From positions 1-64,000 of the forward strand of contig RQSC01000974.1 in the NCBI GenBank assembly GCA_013416795.1: a stretch of 64,000 nucleotides of DNA. The letters are read 5' to 3'. The translations under genes were made by a program, and so were the position numbers. The number at the start of each line of letters is the position of its first letter. Position 1 is the stretch's first letter. The stretch is from Prasinococcaceae sp. CCMP 1430 (lineage: Eukaryota; Plantae; Prasinodermophyta). Shown one piece after another: positions 20,980-31,976 of the stretch. A model generated the notes under the pieces. The model searched no databases and was not told where the DNA came from. It saw only the letters and a list, made by a program, of their open reading frames with translations.

Positions 20980-22776
20980 ATGCCCCGGGCGGGCGGGCGC
21001 ACCCGCAGCCGCGGGTGCGCCGCCGTTACCGTGGCCGCCGCGGCTATGCTGGGGTGCTGGGCGTGCCCCGCGGCTGCCGGGGCCAGTGAGCTGCGGAGCA
21101 TCCGCGTAGCCGCGGCGCCCGGCGGTAGCTGCGGCGAGGGCAATGTGCGCGCAGCAGCTGCGCGCGGCACGTAGCCCTCGCGAGAGCCCGTCGCCTATCA
21201 AGCCTCTGCGATCGCCCACCCTCTCAGCTGCTGACACTCCGCACACGCCTATATCGATTGCGACTGCGCTCGCGCAGGTGGCCAGTGTTGGCGACAGCGT
21301 GACCGCGCATGTGACTGCGTTCTACCGTGGCGCCGGACGCAAAGGCGCTGAGCGCGTGCAATTCAAAGACACCGTTTACATGGGCCGCCCGGTGAGGCTC
21401 GTGGTCGGCAAGGACAGCACGCTCTCATCCGCAGCGCTCGAAGCGCCGGTCGGATTCGATGCGGCGGCGCTCGTAGGCGCATGTGCGGGTGAGGTGCGCC
21501 GGGTCGCCGTGCCACGCGCAAGGCTCGCGACTGGCAACCATGACGGCGAGACGAAGGTGCTCGAGAGCCTCGGGGTGCCCGCAGAAGCAGCTGCGGAGGC
21601 GAATTCTCTCGAGTACGACGTCGAGCTGCTTAGCATCAATGGCCAGGGCGTGTCAGACGAAGTGGAGACGCAAGGTGAGCCTGCGCACGAGAAGCGTCAT
21701 GCGAGCGCGCTCGTGCACATCGCGTGTTATGCTGACGAGATTTGTTGCATGGCGGCCGCGCCCCACGTCGACCTCCATACTGCTGCGTGTTCGCACGTGC
21801 AGGAGCGGGACGCGGCGCCGCGTGTTCGCGATGCCTGTTGGTGGGGCGCGACTTCTACATGGCATTCTTCGGTCTCGTGCGCGACAAGGGCAAAGGGGCC
21901 AGCCGAGCGAGCAGCGACGCGCCACCAGGCATCACCTACGACGGCGAGATCGAATCATTTCTGCAGGTGCGGCACTCCGCGAGCGCGCTGCGCCTCGTCG
22001 GTGCCACTTCGAGATACACGCGCGCGAGGCGCTCCGAAGCTGACCGCGGTACTACTTTCTGCATGTCGTCAAATGCCATTGCGCTTGAGCGGTTTTAGTC
22101 GTTCTGCCAGGAGACGCTCGGGCGGCAGGAAGGGATGGCCACTGGGAAGCGCGCGACACTCGGCCGCTATTCCTCACCCGTGCACGACGAGTGCGAACGA
22201 CTCATGCGCGCGCACAAGCGCGAATGGGTCGGCCGCTTCATGCGTTCGAGCCTCGAACCAAAACAGGCAGCCGAGCGAGTGTGGGACGTGTGCGGCCCGC
22301 GGCTGGCTGGCGTGTGCGCCACCGATGGGGGCGCCGAAGTGACCAGCCCCGCCACGCCCGTGCCGAAAAGTGAGTGTGACTCGTGCGTGGCCGCGGCGGC
22401 TCTCTTCGCCAACGAGGCAGCACACGCCGCACCGCACCGCCTCTCGAGCGAGCGCACCGTCGTCGAGGAAGTGCTTGAACCCGCATGCGTGATGTCAATG
22501 CTCGCGTATCCTAAGGGGGACCGCCTCCGAGAGACGTGCGAGGACCTGCTCTTGGACCACGCTGGCGCCATTGCCAGGCAGTTGCTGTCGCTGCAGGCTG
22601 CCGGTGGCGCGCCGCACGCGCGCGCGGACAGCCTCGCGGCGTGGCTTTGTGCGGAGCGCACGGACGAGTGCGGCAGTGTGGGCGACGCGCGGGCTTCGAG
22701 ATACGCGCCTGGCATCGGCGGTTACGTCGACGCGGGCGGCCCCGAGGCGGCGCCCGCTGCCAGGGACGAGCTCTGA
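20980..22776 (+). CDS. ER-lumenal protein: signal peptide + degenerate FKBP-like domain + two saposin-B/Canopy-like domains + RDEL, 4 exons
   Basis: Exons 20980-21144, 21278-21674, 21803-21966 and 22111-22776 join in frame; GDSVTAHV..RPVRLVVG..GEVRRVAVP..LEYDVELLSI (FKBP fold); CxxC...C...C...C patterns; ends RDEL*. Confidence 0.7.
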
Positions 22777-23375
22777 CGAGTCCCGCCGGCCGGCCACCGC
22801 GAAGCGCTTGCGTCTGCGCGCGGTTTTGTACATGCACAGCACGCATTCTCGCCTCGCAGCGCAGGAGATGTTCCCCAACCAACCCACCCAGCACCAGCTT
22901 TTGCCAGGTGTCACCTGGCTGGAGGGCCTCGTTCGGGGAACGGGCACCGGCCGGTTGGGCAGCTTCCGGCGCGCGCGCGCGCGCGCGCTCGGCGGCAGCG
23001 CAGCGCAGCGCCCGTCCTACGGGACCCTGGGGACGACCCAGTCTCGCCGCGCGCGCGCGCCGCGCCGCGCCCGCGGCGGTGGGCGAGCGCAGACCAAACG
23101 CCAATGGATGCGGGTCATTAATGCAGTTCTATCTCACGCGCCGTATTTTTAGGGATGGTAAGTGATGTATGAAATCACGGATAGAAATGCACTACGAGTC
23201 CCCTCAACCGGAAAGCACAATGTTTGTGGCTGTTGGGGCGGGCGGTGGTGTGCTCGCCGCGCCACAGCGCGCCCGGTGCGCCGCCGCCGCCGCGCCACAG
23301 CGCCCCCCCCCCGCGCCACAGTGCCTCTGCGCCGCGCCGCGATTGGGCGGGGCGTCGCGCGAGGAAGGGCGAGCC

Positions 23376-24331
23376 ATGCCGACCATTACGTCCATCCAGC
23401 TGCTGCGCCACCGTGGCAATGCGGAGCCCGTTGGCCTCGGGGCGGCGCATGACGTGAGCAGCTTCGGGTACTTCGAGCGCAAGGTGCGGCGCGCGGCCGC
23501 CCAGGCGGGGGTGGGGAATGGCGGACGGGAGGAGCGCCCGGCAGCTTTAGCGCTGCCACGGGCGCGGCCGAAACGTACGTGTTGTTGACGTGCATCGCGC
23601 CGCTGACGCGCCGTTGCACCTGCGTATGCATCTGCGCGCGCCTGCCTCGTTGGCGCCGCCCGTCTTGCCGCCCCTCCCCCCTCCCCCCCACACCACCACC
23701 ACCGTCCCCGTGCGCTGCATACCATGCAGGCAGTCCGCGAAATGCTCGCGTTTGTGGGCCGTACGGTTGCAAAGCGCACGCTCGAAGGGCAGCGGCAGAG
23801 CGTGGAACACGAGGCGTACATTTGCCACTGCTACAACCGCGGCGGGCTCATCGGTCTGACCTTTGTGGGCAAGGACTACCCGAGCCGCGCGGCTTTCTCC
23901 GTGGTGAATAAGGTGATGGACGAGTTCACAGACTCGAAAGGCGATGCGTGGAAGGCCGTGACGGCCGATACCACGGATGGCGATGAGATCGTCAACGCGG
24001 CGCTGCAGAAATACCAGGATCCGCACGAGGCGGACAAGCTTCTCAAGATTCAGCGCGAGCTCGACGAAACAAAGGTGCGCACGACGAGCGTGCTCTCGCG
24101 GCCCGTGCCCTCGCGCGCTCTCGCGCCCGTGCCTCCGCACGCTCAGGGCGCTGACCCCTCTGCTTCTGCCCGTGCCACCTGCAGGTCATTCTACATAAGA
24201 CGATCGACAGCGTGCTGCAGCGAGGGGAGAAGCTCGACTCGCTGGTGGACAAGTCGAATGACCTGTCGTTGGCTTCGCAGGTATTCTACAAAGCGGCCAA
24301 GAAGAACAACCAGTGCTGCAAAATGATGTAA
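23376..24331 (+). CDS. YKT6: Longin R-SNARE YKT6, 3 exons
   Basis: Exons 23376-23483, 23730-24074 and 24185-24331; [45 protein letters not shown]-terminal CCKMM (CCaaX). Confidence 0.96.
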
Positions 24332-24645
24332 ACATAGGTGGCAGGGACATCCTTTGGCATTGCGCGCGCGCGCGCGCGTCCTTTGTCCAATAGGGCTATG
24401 CTGCCCCTGCCAGATACCCCGTCGGTGATCGCGACCGCTACTGGCTCGGCGAAGCATCTGCGCCAATCGACATGTGTCCCAAAGCGCGCTCTCGCAAGCC
24501 CCCGATGATACAAAATGCGCCGCATGTTATTACGTCGCACACCCGCCTCGATCGTGCTAGCTGTGCTGCACCGCCCTCTCGCCCGCTGGCCAAAGCATGG
24601 GCCCGCTTTATCGGCCTCAGACTTCGACGCGACTGCCCCCTGCGA

Positions 24646-26553
24646 TTATCCTTTGGGGGCGGGCGCTCCCAGCGCTGTCTCGTGTTTCACTGGCTCCTTC
24701 GGCGCCTCCGCCTGTGGCCTCTGCTCTTGCTGCTGCTTGCCCTGGCTCTGTAACCACACGTCTGCGCGACGCGCCCCGACGCTCACAATCTTCTGCAGCG
24801 TGGCAGTGAACTCCTTGAGGATGATCGCCTCCTGCGCGGCGTATCTCGCGCTCACACCGCCGGCTCCAACCATGCCAGCCAGCGGAGATGCCTCTGCAGC
24901 CACGTCGTCCACGCTCGTTTCATTGCACATGAGGTCCTGTGACCCCGGTGAGGACGGGCGGATAGCCTCCTTGTCGGTGCTACCGCTTGGCCCAGAGGGA
25001 CCGGCCGAGCCACTGGGACCCGCGGCACCCGCGACCCCACCGCCCTCACCGTCGCCCGCGTTTCCATTCGCTGCCGTTGCGCCGCCCGCATCGGATTCCT
25101 TCGCCCGAGCCTCTGCTCGCTCTGCATCTATGCGCTGCCCCTCGCGATGAGATGTGAGCAGCAGCAGCTCCGCCAGGCTCTCTACCACCTCGGGCTTCAC
25201 CACCCCTGCAAGGAGCGAGCGATGCTGCTGCGCCTGTGCACCAGCAGCCTGGCCCGCCGTCGAAGCCGCACGCGCCGCGGCTTGCATCTGCAGCGCAATC
25301 GCCGGCGTGTGTCCCATTGCCGCGAGTGCGTCGTGCATTGCGGCGCGCGCTGCGGGTGTGGTCCCGAGTGGCATGCCTCCGAGCCTCTGTGTGCCAGGCG
25401 CCCCGACGGCCGCGGCCATCTGTTGCATTTGCTGCGCTTGCACGGCCGCCGCTCCAGCCCCGATCGAGGGGCCGATTTGCCTTGGGGCCTGGCCCTTCCC
25501 AGCTCCGACCCCCGAGGTGCGCGCGCGCTTGGCAGGCGAGGGGCTCGGCAGCCCATATCCCACCTCAGCGATCTGCTTGCGCTCCTCGTTCCCCTCAGTG
25601 TTCTTGCAATCGATGCAGCGGCAGTTATCCTGGCAGTATATGCCCGCCTGGAAGCACTCGCAGTACTTCTTGAGGCAGAATGACTTCTTGCAATTGCAAC
25701 CTTTGTTGTGCCTGCCACCGGGCGTGTCTGCCTGCTGGGCTTCGATCTTCGGCCGGAACGCGTTGGGATTGCGCTCCAGCGTCTGCTCCACGGCCTCGCG
25801 CCGCACGGCCTCGTTCGCGCTGTTGTTGAAGCAGTTGGTGCAGTTGCACCCGTTGCAGTACACACCACTTGCGAAGCATTCGCAGTAGAGCTTCAGGCAC
25901 CGGCTGTTCTTGCAGTTGCAGACCTTCTTGCGCGGCGTGCCGTCCTCTGGCTCCCTGCCGCGGCCGCTGTACCGCCGGATGAGCTTCGCACGCGCCGGTG
26001 ACATCGCGGCCGTTAATGATGCCGGAAGCCCGCCAGCGGCCGCCGCGCGCGCCGCCGCTGCGGCCGCCATTCTCGCGGGCGTCAAGGGAGAGCCCGGGAT
26101 AGCCAGCGCCGCTAGCTTGGCCGCGCCTCCAGGCGAACCGTTGGCAGCGACACCGGGCTGCTGGAGCGCCCGCGGACGCACGGGCTTCCGAGGCGATGCG
26201 CGCCTGCCCACCGCTGCCATCACGCTCGCCGCCGCCGCGTCTGCAGCCTGCTGCTGCGCCTGCTGCGCATCCGGTTCCGACCCCCCCCCCGTTGCCGCGT
26301 GCTGCGACTGCGAGCCGCCGGCCCCAGCGCCCTCGTCCGCGCCCGCGCCGGCCGCAAAGTTCAGCGCGCGCTTGGTCGGCCCGCGCTCCGCGCCGCCTGC
26401 CGCGCCCTGCTCGCTTGTGTCCAACCCCCTGGGTTGCTGCTGCTGCTGCTGCAGCAGCTGCTGCCGTTGCGTCTCTAGTCGTTGTTGGTCAGCGGCTCTC
26501 GTCTGGGAGAGCACCTGCGAGAGCACCCGTGCTCCTGTGCCTACGACGGCCTC
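24646..26553 (-). CDS. Tesmin/TSO1-like (LIN54) CXC/CRC-domain protein; start obscured by the N at 26554
   Basis: Two CXC domains, [16 protein letters not shown] and [16 protein letters not shown], separated by the [10 protein letters not shown] hinge. Confidence 0.9.
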   Translation of the reverse strand, partial: EAVVGTGARVLSQVLSQTRAADQQRLETQRQQLLQQQQQQPRGLDTSEQGAAGGAERGPTKRALNFAAGAGADEGAGAGGSQSQHAATGGGSEPDAQQAQQQAADAAAASVMAAVGRRASPRKPVRPRALQQPGVAANGSPGGAAKLAALAIPGSPLTPARMAAAAAARAAAAGGLPASLTAAMSPARAKLIRRYSGRGREPEDGTPRKKVCNCKNSRCLKLYCECFASGVYCNGCNCTNCFNNSANEAVRREAVEQTLERNPNAFRPKIEAQQADTPGGRHNKGCNCKKSFCLKKYCECFQAGIYCQDNCRCIDCKNTEGNEERKQIAEVGYGLPSPSPAKRARTSGVGAGKGQAPRQIGPSIGAGAAAVQAQQMQQMAAAVGAPGTQRLGGMPLGTTPAARAAMHDALAAMGHTPAIALQMQAAARAASTAGQAAGAQAQQHRSLLAGVVKPEVVESLAELLLLTSHREGQRIDAERAEARAKESDAGGATAANGNAGDGEGGGVAGAAGPSGSAGPSGPSGSTDKEAIRPSSPGSQDLMCNETSVDDVAAEASPLAGMVGAGGVSARYAAQEAIILKEFTATLQKIVSVGARRADVWLQSQGKQQQEQRPQAEAPKEPVKHETALGAPAPKG

Positions 26554-26935
26554 NCGGCGGGCGCGCCGGCGCGCGCGCGAAAGCGCCCCGAAACGCGAAT
26601 CCGCGGTTCCTACCGGTCGCGTGCGCGCGCGCGGGGCAACCTTTTTTTTATTTTCTTTTTCTTTTTCTTTTTTCGAACGGAGTGTTTTTTTTTCCCCGAG
26701 GGGGCGCGCTCGTCCCCTCAGCGAAGAGCTCGGCACCCGCCGGTGGCAGACGGGGTGTGGGTGCGGCGGTGGGGCGCACGCCTCTGGCGCCAGAGCGGGC
26801 GCGTGTGACGGGGGGCGCGGGCATACGGTGGGGGGAAGGGCGGGGTGAGGGGGTGGGTGGGGAGGGTAGCTCTCCCCCCCTCCCCCACACACCTCCACCC
26901 CGACCCCCGTCCACCGTCACGGACGGAGGGCGGCG

Positions 26936-28069
26936 ATGGCGGCGGACGCGGCGGACGCGCCGCTGGCGGTCGTGCGCGTCAAGCGCAAGCGCGGCGAGGC
27001 GCCCGCCGAGGCGCTGCTCGTCGAGGGCGGCGCTTGCGCTGGCGCGGACGCGGTGGCGTCCAAGCGTAAGAAGGTCGTCGAACTCGCGAGCGCGCTCGAT
27101 GCTGTGGGAATATCGGGAGGAGGGCGGGAGGCAGGGCCGCCAGCGCACGAGGCCGCGGAGGCGCCCCGACCAGCGACCACGCGCCGCACCTTCCGCCGAG
27201 TGGAGACGGTGCCGTGCACGGCGGCGCCGGCCAACGCCGAGGCCGTCCTGGCCGCTGCGCAGCGCGCCGCAGCCGAAGCCTCGCGCATCGGCGGCGGCAA
27301 GCGCAAGGCGGAGGGCGAGGCGCGAGACGAGCCTGACGCAGCCGCCGCCGTGGGGCCCTCCTCTCAGAAGCGCGGCCGAAAGCTCCTATACAAACAAGTG
27401 CGTGCGCAGCGCGTGCGCCTCGGCGGGCCGCAGGACACGTCGTCCGGAGCGGCGCTCTATGACCTCGAAGTGGATCGCTCGGAGGCCGAGGCTGCGGCCG
27501 CGGCTGCGAAGGCCATGGAGGAGAACATCTTATGCAACTACATGCCTATGGTGCGAGAGTACATCGACGCCGCGGGCATCACGCCGCGACAAGAGGACGG
27601 AGGCGGCGACGAGGGCTGCGACGACGAGTACGTATATGACGTGTACTGCGTCGCCACTTCTCCAGCGCTAGGCGATGACGACGCCGGGGCCGGGGGAGTG
27701 CCTTCTCGAGGCACCGGCGGCGAGGCAAACGGGGAGGAGGACATCGCTATCGTTACTCTCGAACCGCTGCCGGAGGAGGGGTGGGGGGAGGAGTACAGCT
27801 CGGAATACGACTCGGACGATTCAAACGCAGAGAACCATCCTGACAATGACTACCCGGAGGAGGAAGATAGCGACTTGGACGACGAGGTCTTCGGCCGCGT
27901 GCGCATGGAGGCTGCCACGCACTACGGTGCCCGGTTAGGCGGCGGCGGTCACGACGTCGGGGGCGACGACAGTGAGTACGACGTCGACGACTACGACGAG
28001 GACGCAATATTCGGGCGGGACAACGAGGAGTACGGGAGGTTTGCATACGCAGGAGATGATAGCGACTGA
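26936..28069 (+). CDS. IWR1: IWR1/SLC7A6OS/DMS4-like RNA polymerase II nuclear import factor
   Basis: N-terminal VVRVKRKR..AEALLVE, NYMPMVREY, DEYVYDVY and DSDDSNAENHPDNDYPEEE with an acidic tail. Confidence 0.82.
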   Translation: MAADAADAPLAVVRVKRKRGEAPAEALLVEGGACAGADAVASKRKKVVELASALDAVGISGGGREAGPPAHEAAEAPRPATTRRTFRRVETVPCTAAPANAEAVLAAAQRAAAEASRIGGGKRKAEGEARDEPDAAAAVGPSSQKRGRKLLYKQVRAQRVRLGGPQDTSSGAALYDLEVDRSEAEAAAAAAKAMEENILCNYMPMVREYIDAAGITPRQEDGGGDEGCDDEYVYDVYCVATSPALGDDDAGAGGVPSRGTGGEANGEEDIAIVTLEPLPEEGWGEEYSSEYDSDDSNAENHPDNDYPEEEDSDLDDEVFGRVRMEAATHYGARLGGGGHDVGGDDSEYDVDDYDEDAIFGRDNEEYGRFAYAGDDSD

Positions 28070-28248
28070 AACACGAGCGCGACCGCGCTGAGCCGATGAA
28101 TAATATGTGTGATGCAAGCGCGCTTGCTGTATTACTGTCGGCCACTCTCCCGCCGAACGGCGCCTCCGCCGCCCCGTCCGCCCGCCGCGAGCGTTTTGCC
28201 CCCCCGCCCCTGCCGCGCGCCCGAATGTGGGCGCGGTTGCCGCGGCGT

Positions 28249-29589
28249 CTACGCGGCCAGCTTCGTTTCCTCGTACATCTTGCGCAGCTTGGACATACCG
28301 AACCACGAGTCAGTCTGGAAATAATCGGGGTCGAAGTGGTGGATGCGCACGTAGCCATCCTCGCCACCAGTGGTGAAGGAGCGGCCGTTGGGGTGGAAGG
28401 ACATGGTGTTGATGGGGCCGAAGTGGCCGGGCACGCGGCCGAACTCCTCCTCGAAAATCTTGTGATAAAACTTGCTCTCGAACTTGCCGCTCTTGTGCGA
28501 GGTAGTTGTCACCTGCGAAGCGTCCTGCCCACCGCCCAGCATGATGTGCTCCATTATCGGCGAGATCGCGGCACTGTTCACCGGCGCCGAGTTCTCGTAC
28601 GTCTTCAGGCACGTCAGCGTCTTGGCGTCCCAGAGCTTGGCGGTCTTGTCAACCGACGCGGTAATGAAGTGCGTCTTGTCCTTGGACCAGTGCAGGTCAC
28701 CAATGTTCTTCCCGTGCGCCTTCTGCTCCTTGATAATCTCCATCTTCTCGGTGTCCCAGATGCGCAAGTAGCCGTCCTCACCGCACGTGTAGAACGTCTC
28801 ATTGCAGTCGCCCCAGACTGCGCGCGTGATGCGGCCGTCGATCTTGCCCTCCACCGTGGCCGCGGGCTCTGCCTGCGTGTGCTGGTCCTTGACGTCGTCC
28901 GTGAACTTCAGGATGTGGATCGCCGAGGCCGACTGCATGAATGGGTCCGTGGTGAGCAGCGCCATCTTGTCGCCGCAGCTGTACTCCACGTAACGCGCGG
29001 GCGTGTTGAAGCACTCGAAGCTGAAGAGCTCCTTCCCCGGGTCCTCGTCGAGGTCCCAGATCTTCACCTGCAAAGAGCGCGAGAGAGGGGCGAAGTGAGG
29101 GCGCGTGAGCGGATGAAGGCAGGGTTGGGGGTCGTGGCGACGGGGCAGCGTCAGGGCACAAGTCGCATCGCCGCGAGGGTCGCCGACGCGCTGCCCCTCC
29201 AATCCGCGCGCGTTGCCCAAACCACGACGCGCACACCCCAGCCGCTGCGTGCGCCCTCTCTCCCCCTCGCCCTTCATCCGCCCACCACCCGCGTGCACCC
29301 GCCCCGTCGCTCTCGCGCGCCGCGCCGCGCCGCGCCGTCCCGCGCCACGCGCACACACGCGCACCTTGCAGTCCGCGCTGGCGGTGAGGATGCGCGTGGT
29401 CTCCTGGTTGATGTCGCACGACCACACGGTACCGTTGTGCCCAATGAGCGTGCCCAGCCGCCGGCCGTCGTCTGAGTACCACACTGCCGGGAAGTGGTCC
29501 TTGGCCGTCGAGATCATGATGTCGCCCTCGCGGTTGTACTTCACCATCGTGAGGGGGCGCGAGTGCGAGGACAGCAGGAGCGGCCGCAT
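28249..29589 (-). CDS. eIF3i: Eukaryotic translation initiation factor 3 subunit I (WD40), 2 exons
   Basis: Exons 29589-29365 and 29067-28249; MRPLLLSSHSRPLTMVKYNREGD, GHNGTVW, MLGGGQDASQVTTT, GHFGPINT, GGEDGYVRIHHFD. Confidence 0.96.
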   Translation of the reverse strand: MRPLLLSSHSRPLTMVKYNREGDIMISTAKDHFPAVWYSDDGRRLGTLIGHNGTVWSCDINQETTRILTASADCKVRVCARGAGRRGAARRARATGRVHAGGGRMKGEGERGRTQRLGCARRGLGNARGLEGQRVGDPRGDATCALTLPRRHDPQPCLHPLTRPHFAPLSRSLQVKIWDLDEDPGKELFSFECFNTPARYVEYSCGDKMALLTTDPFMQSASAIHILKFTDDVKDQHTQAEPAATVEGKIDGRITRAVWGDCNETFYTCGEDGYLRIWDTEKMEIIKEQKAHGKNIGDLHWSKDKTHFITASVDKTAKLWDAKTLTCLKTYENSAPVNSAAISPIMEHIMLGGGQDASQVTTTSHKSGKFESKFYHKIFEEEFGRVPGHFGPINTMSFHPNGRSFTTGGEDGYVRIHHFDPDYFQTDSWFGMSKLRKMYEETKLAA

Positions 29590-30029
29590 GGCTGCCGGCG
29601 GGCAGGCGCGTGCGTCGCGCCCGAACGCTCCCTCCGTGCCGCGCTGCGCGGCAGTGGCGCCTTCACCCCACCCCCCACCCCCCCCACACACACCCCACCC
29701 CCCACACCCCCGCCCCGAACTGCGCCGCCGGCCGATCGCGGCCCTTAGGTTTTCGCCCGCAGCAGCCGCCGCCGCGGGCAGCGCGCGCATGCGCGCGTCG
29801 GTGATCGGGGGCGATGCGGCTGAACGCGCGGCGCGCCGCACAGCGGCTCTGCGCTGCGAGTCATCGCGCCGCGCTATTCCCGGCCCGTCCTGGCGCGGCT
29901 TATCGCGCCGCGTCGCCGCATAGCGCACCCGTCTCGCGCGCGCGGCGCGCACACGCGGCAGGAGATGCGGCAGGGGCGTGCGCACGCGTGTGCCTCCCGC
30001 CGCTCGCGCCGCAGCAGGCGCAGACGCAC

Positions 30030-30093
30030 CGTTCCTGCGGCGCGACTTGCGCGCGGCCTGGTTCAGCCAGGTCTTCACCATAGGCTGCCAGTC
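30030..30093 (-). CDS. RPL13: Isolated exon of 60S ribosomal protein eL13 (DWQPMVKTWLNQAARKSRRRN); no other eL13 exons found in the window
   Basis: Matches the conserved eL13 segment (K)DWQxxVKTWFNQPARKxRRR; bounded by a CTGAC branch point, a CAG acceptor and a GTGCGT donor. Confidence 0.7.
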
Positions 30094-30397
30094 CTGTTGT
30101 GGTCGCGCGGGGGCGAGGGTCAGCGGCAGCTCGGCCAATGCGAGGGCGCAGCAGCCATGCGCACGCGTGCCCCGGCCGGCGCCGCGAGGCGCGCTGCGCC
30201 GGCGGCCCGTAGCGCGGCGAACACATGCACGCAACCCATATACACACGGCCCGCGCGCCCCATCCCAAGCGCGCGCGCCGCGCCCGCGCATGCGCCGCGA
30301 TGGGGGCCGCATTCGATCTGATGGACGGCGCGCCCCGCCCCGCCGGCGGGCGCCGGCCACGAACCCAAACCTCGCAAGCGGAACGTGAGGTCAAAAT

Positions 30398-30504
30398 GAA
30401 TGTGTTCGCGAACGAGAAAGGGTTAACCCCAAGAGAACCTGTCATTGTACGGAAGAGAGCACACAGTAACACTGTTGGATCAGCGCTCCGTGGAGTACGA
30501 AATG
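30398..30504 (-). ncRNA. Candidate H/ACA-like snoRNA upstream of the eL13 exon (in its presumed intron)
   Basis: Hairpin catt(tc)gtac/gtacaatg with an internal pocket and a gagcgc/gtgctc upper stem; ACA lies 14 nt after the upper stem; a second gttc/gaac hairpin is followed by ACA-ttc. The hinge is not a perfect ANANNA and no target was identified. Confidence 0.35.
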
Positions 30505-30876
30505 GTGCTTTGATTTTTTTTACGGAAAGTGTTTTGGTGAACGTGCTGCGCGTTCCCCGGCCGGCGCGCCTGAAGCGTGTTCGTTCGAAGCGAGAGGGCG
30601 GTGCGCCGCGCGGGCGAGGCCGCGCGGGGCGCGCACCACAGGGAGCGCCCGAGGGCGCCGCCACGGCTCGCGCGCTGCGGGTCTGCCGGCCGGCGATCAC
30701 GTGCGCCACAGCAGCGAGCAGAGGACGCATCGCGTGGAAAGAGGGAGGGGAGGCGCGGGGGGGGAGGCGCGGGGGGGGGGAAGAGGGGAGGTTCGTGCGG
30801 TTCGCGAGCGCGAGAGCGTGTCAGTGGGGGAGGCTGGAACGGAGGGAAGTGCCTCGCCCGCGCCCGGATAGCAGCC

Positions 30877-31878
30877 ATGCCGCGGCCGGCGCCGTTCAGC
30901 GCCGGGGCGGGCCGCGAGCTCGGTGTGAGCAGCGCGAGCAAGGTCTCCGAGCGAGAGGTATTCAGCATGGAGGCGCACCTCGAGCGGCTGCGCATGGACA
31001 TGGCCGCCGAGAAGGAGAAGCGCACAGGCGACACGTCCATCTGGAGTCGCGGGCAGGTGGGTCGCCTCCACAACTACAAGACGGGCAAAGACCTGCCCCG
31101 GCCACCGGGACGCACGAAACTAAGCAGCGTGAGGAGAGGGGGCGCGGAGCTGCCCGCGCCGCGGAGCAAGCCTCGGACGCCATCGGGAGAGCCTGCGCCC
31201 GCCGCGGCGGCGCACACCGTTGCGGCCGTTGCCGCAGACGAAGCTCGGCATCAGCAGCACGACTACCAGGGGTACGCGCACGGCACTAGCGGGGGCACCG
31301 AGGGAGCGCAGGTGGAGGTGTTCGACGAAGCCGAAAGCCGGCGGTCGTTTCTCGATGCGCTGAACGAGTGGCGCAGCGGCGGCACGGGTGGCGGCGAGGC
31401 TTCGAGTGGCGGCAACAGCAGCGCGCCGGAACCAGCGGCGGTAGCCTCGACGTCGACGGCGGTGGGCTCTAGTTCACCGGCCCTGCTGCAGTCATCGCAT
31501 AAACCCGTACGACCCGCAACCTACTTCACACGGCTGGCCATCTCAAAAGAGGCCAAGCTGGCCGGCGCCCAAGCCGCCACTCGAGTCAAAACCGACGCCC
31601 GCGATCTCGCATCCGATGCGATCGAGGCCGGGCGAACGCAGGCGCCGCCAGGCTCGCCGCCCGCCGCAGCAGCGCGCAAAAGTGACGTCGACGAGGTCGA
31701 GGCAGGGATGGATGCCCACGTAGACGTGGACTACGACCCTTTCGCCCCCCCGACCGTGGAGGAGGCACCAGCGGCCGCCGCGCTGGAGCCAAATGCGCTC
31801 GACCCGCACACGGCGCCACTTGATCTGCTGCTCGACGGCGAGGAGATGGAGACAGCGCAGCTGATCACGCTTTCGTGA
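30877..31878 (+). CDS. Hypothetical protein resembling the conserved non-zinc-finger segments of ciliary ZBBX
   Basis: MEAHLERLRMDMAAEKEKR..W..GQVGRL and FDEAESRRSFLDALNEWR resemble ZBBX motifs as I recall them; GCCATG start; no B-box visible. Confidence 0.55.
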   Translation: MPRPAPFSAGAGRELGVSSASKVSEREVFSMEAHLERLRMDMAAEKEKRTGDTSIWSRGQVGRLHNYKTGKDLPRPPGRTKLSSVRRGGAELPAPRSKPRTPSGEPAPAAAAHTVAAVAADEARHQQHDYQGYAHGTSGGTEGAQVEVFDEAESRRSFLDALNEWRSGGTGGGEASSGGNSSAPEPAAVASTSTAVGSSSPALLQSSHKPVRPATYFTRLAISKEAKLAGAQAATRVKTDARDLASDAIEAGRTQAPPGSPPAAAARKSDVDEVEAGMDAHVDVDYDPFAPPTVEEAPAAAALEPNALDPHTAPLDLLLDGEEMETAQLITLS

Positions 31879-31976
31879 GACACGGTCATCATTGACTCAT
31901 TAAGAAATGCGCAGCCACGCCCACAGAGAAGCCACCAGCGCCACTCGGCGAGTTCACACGCCACAGACCAGTGGCA

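Noticed and set aside
28249-30360. 703-aa ORF as one uninterrupted CDS
   Set aside because: It reads through the eIF3i intron (29364-29068) and low-complexity GC DNA; only the eIF3i exons and the eL13 exon look coding.
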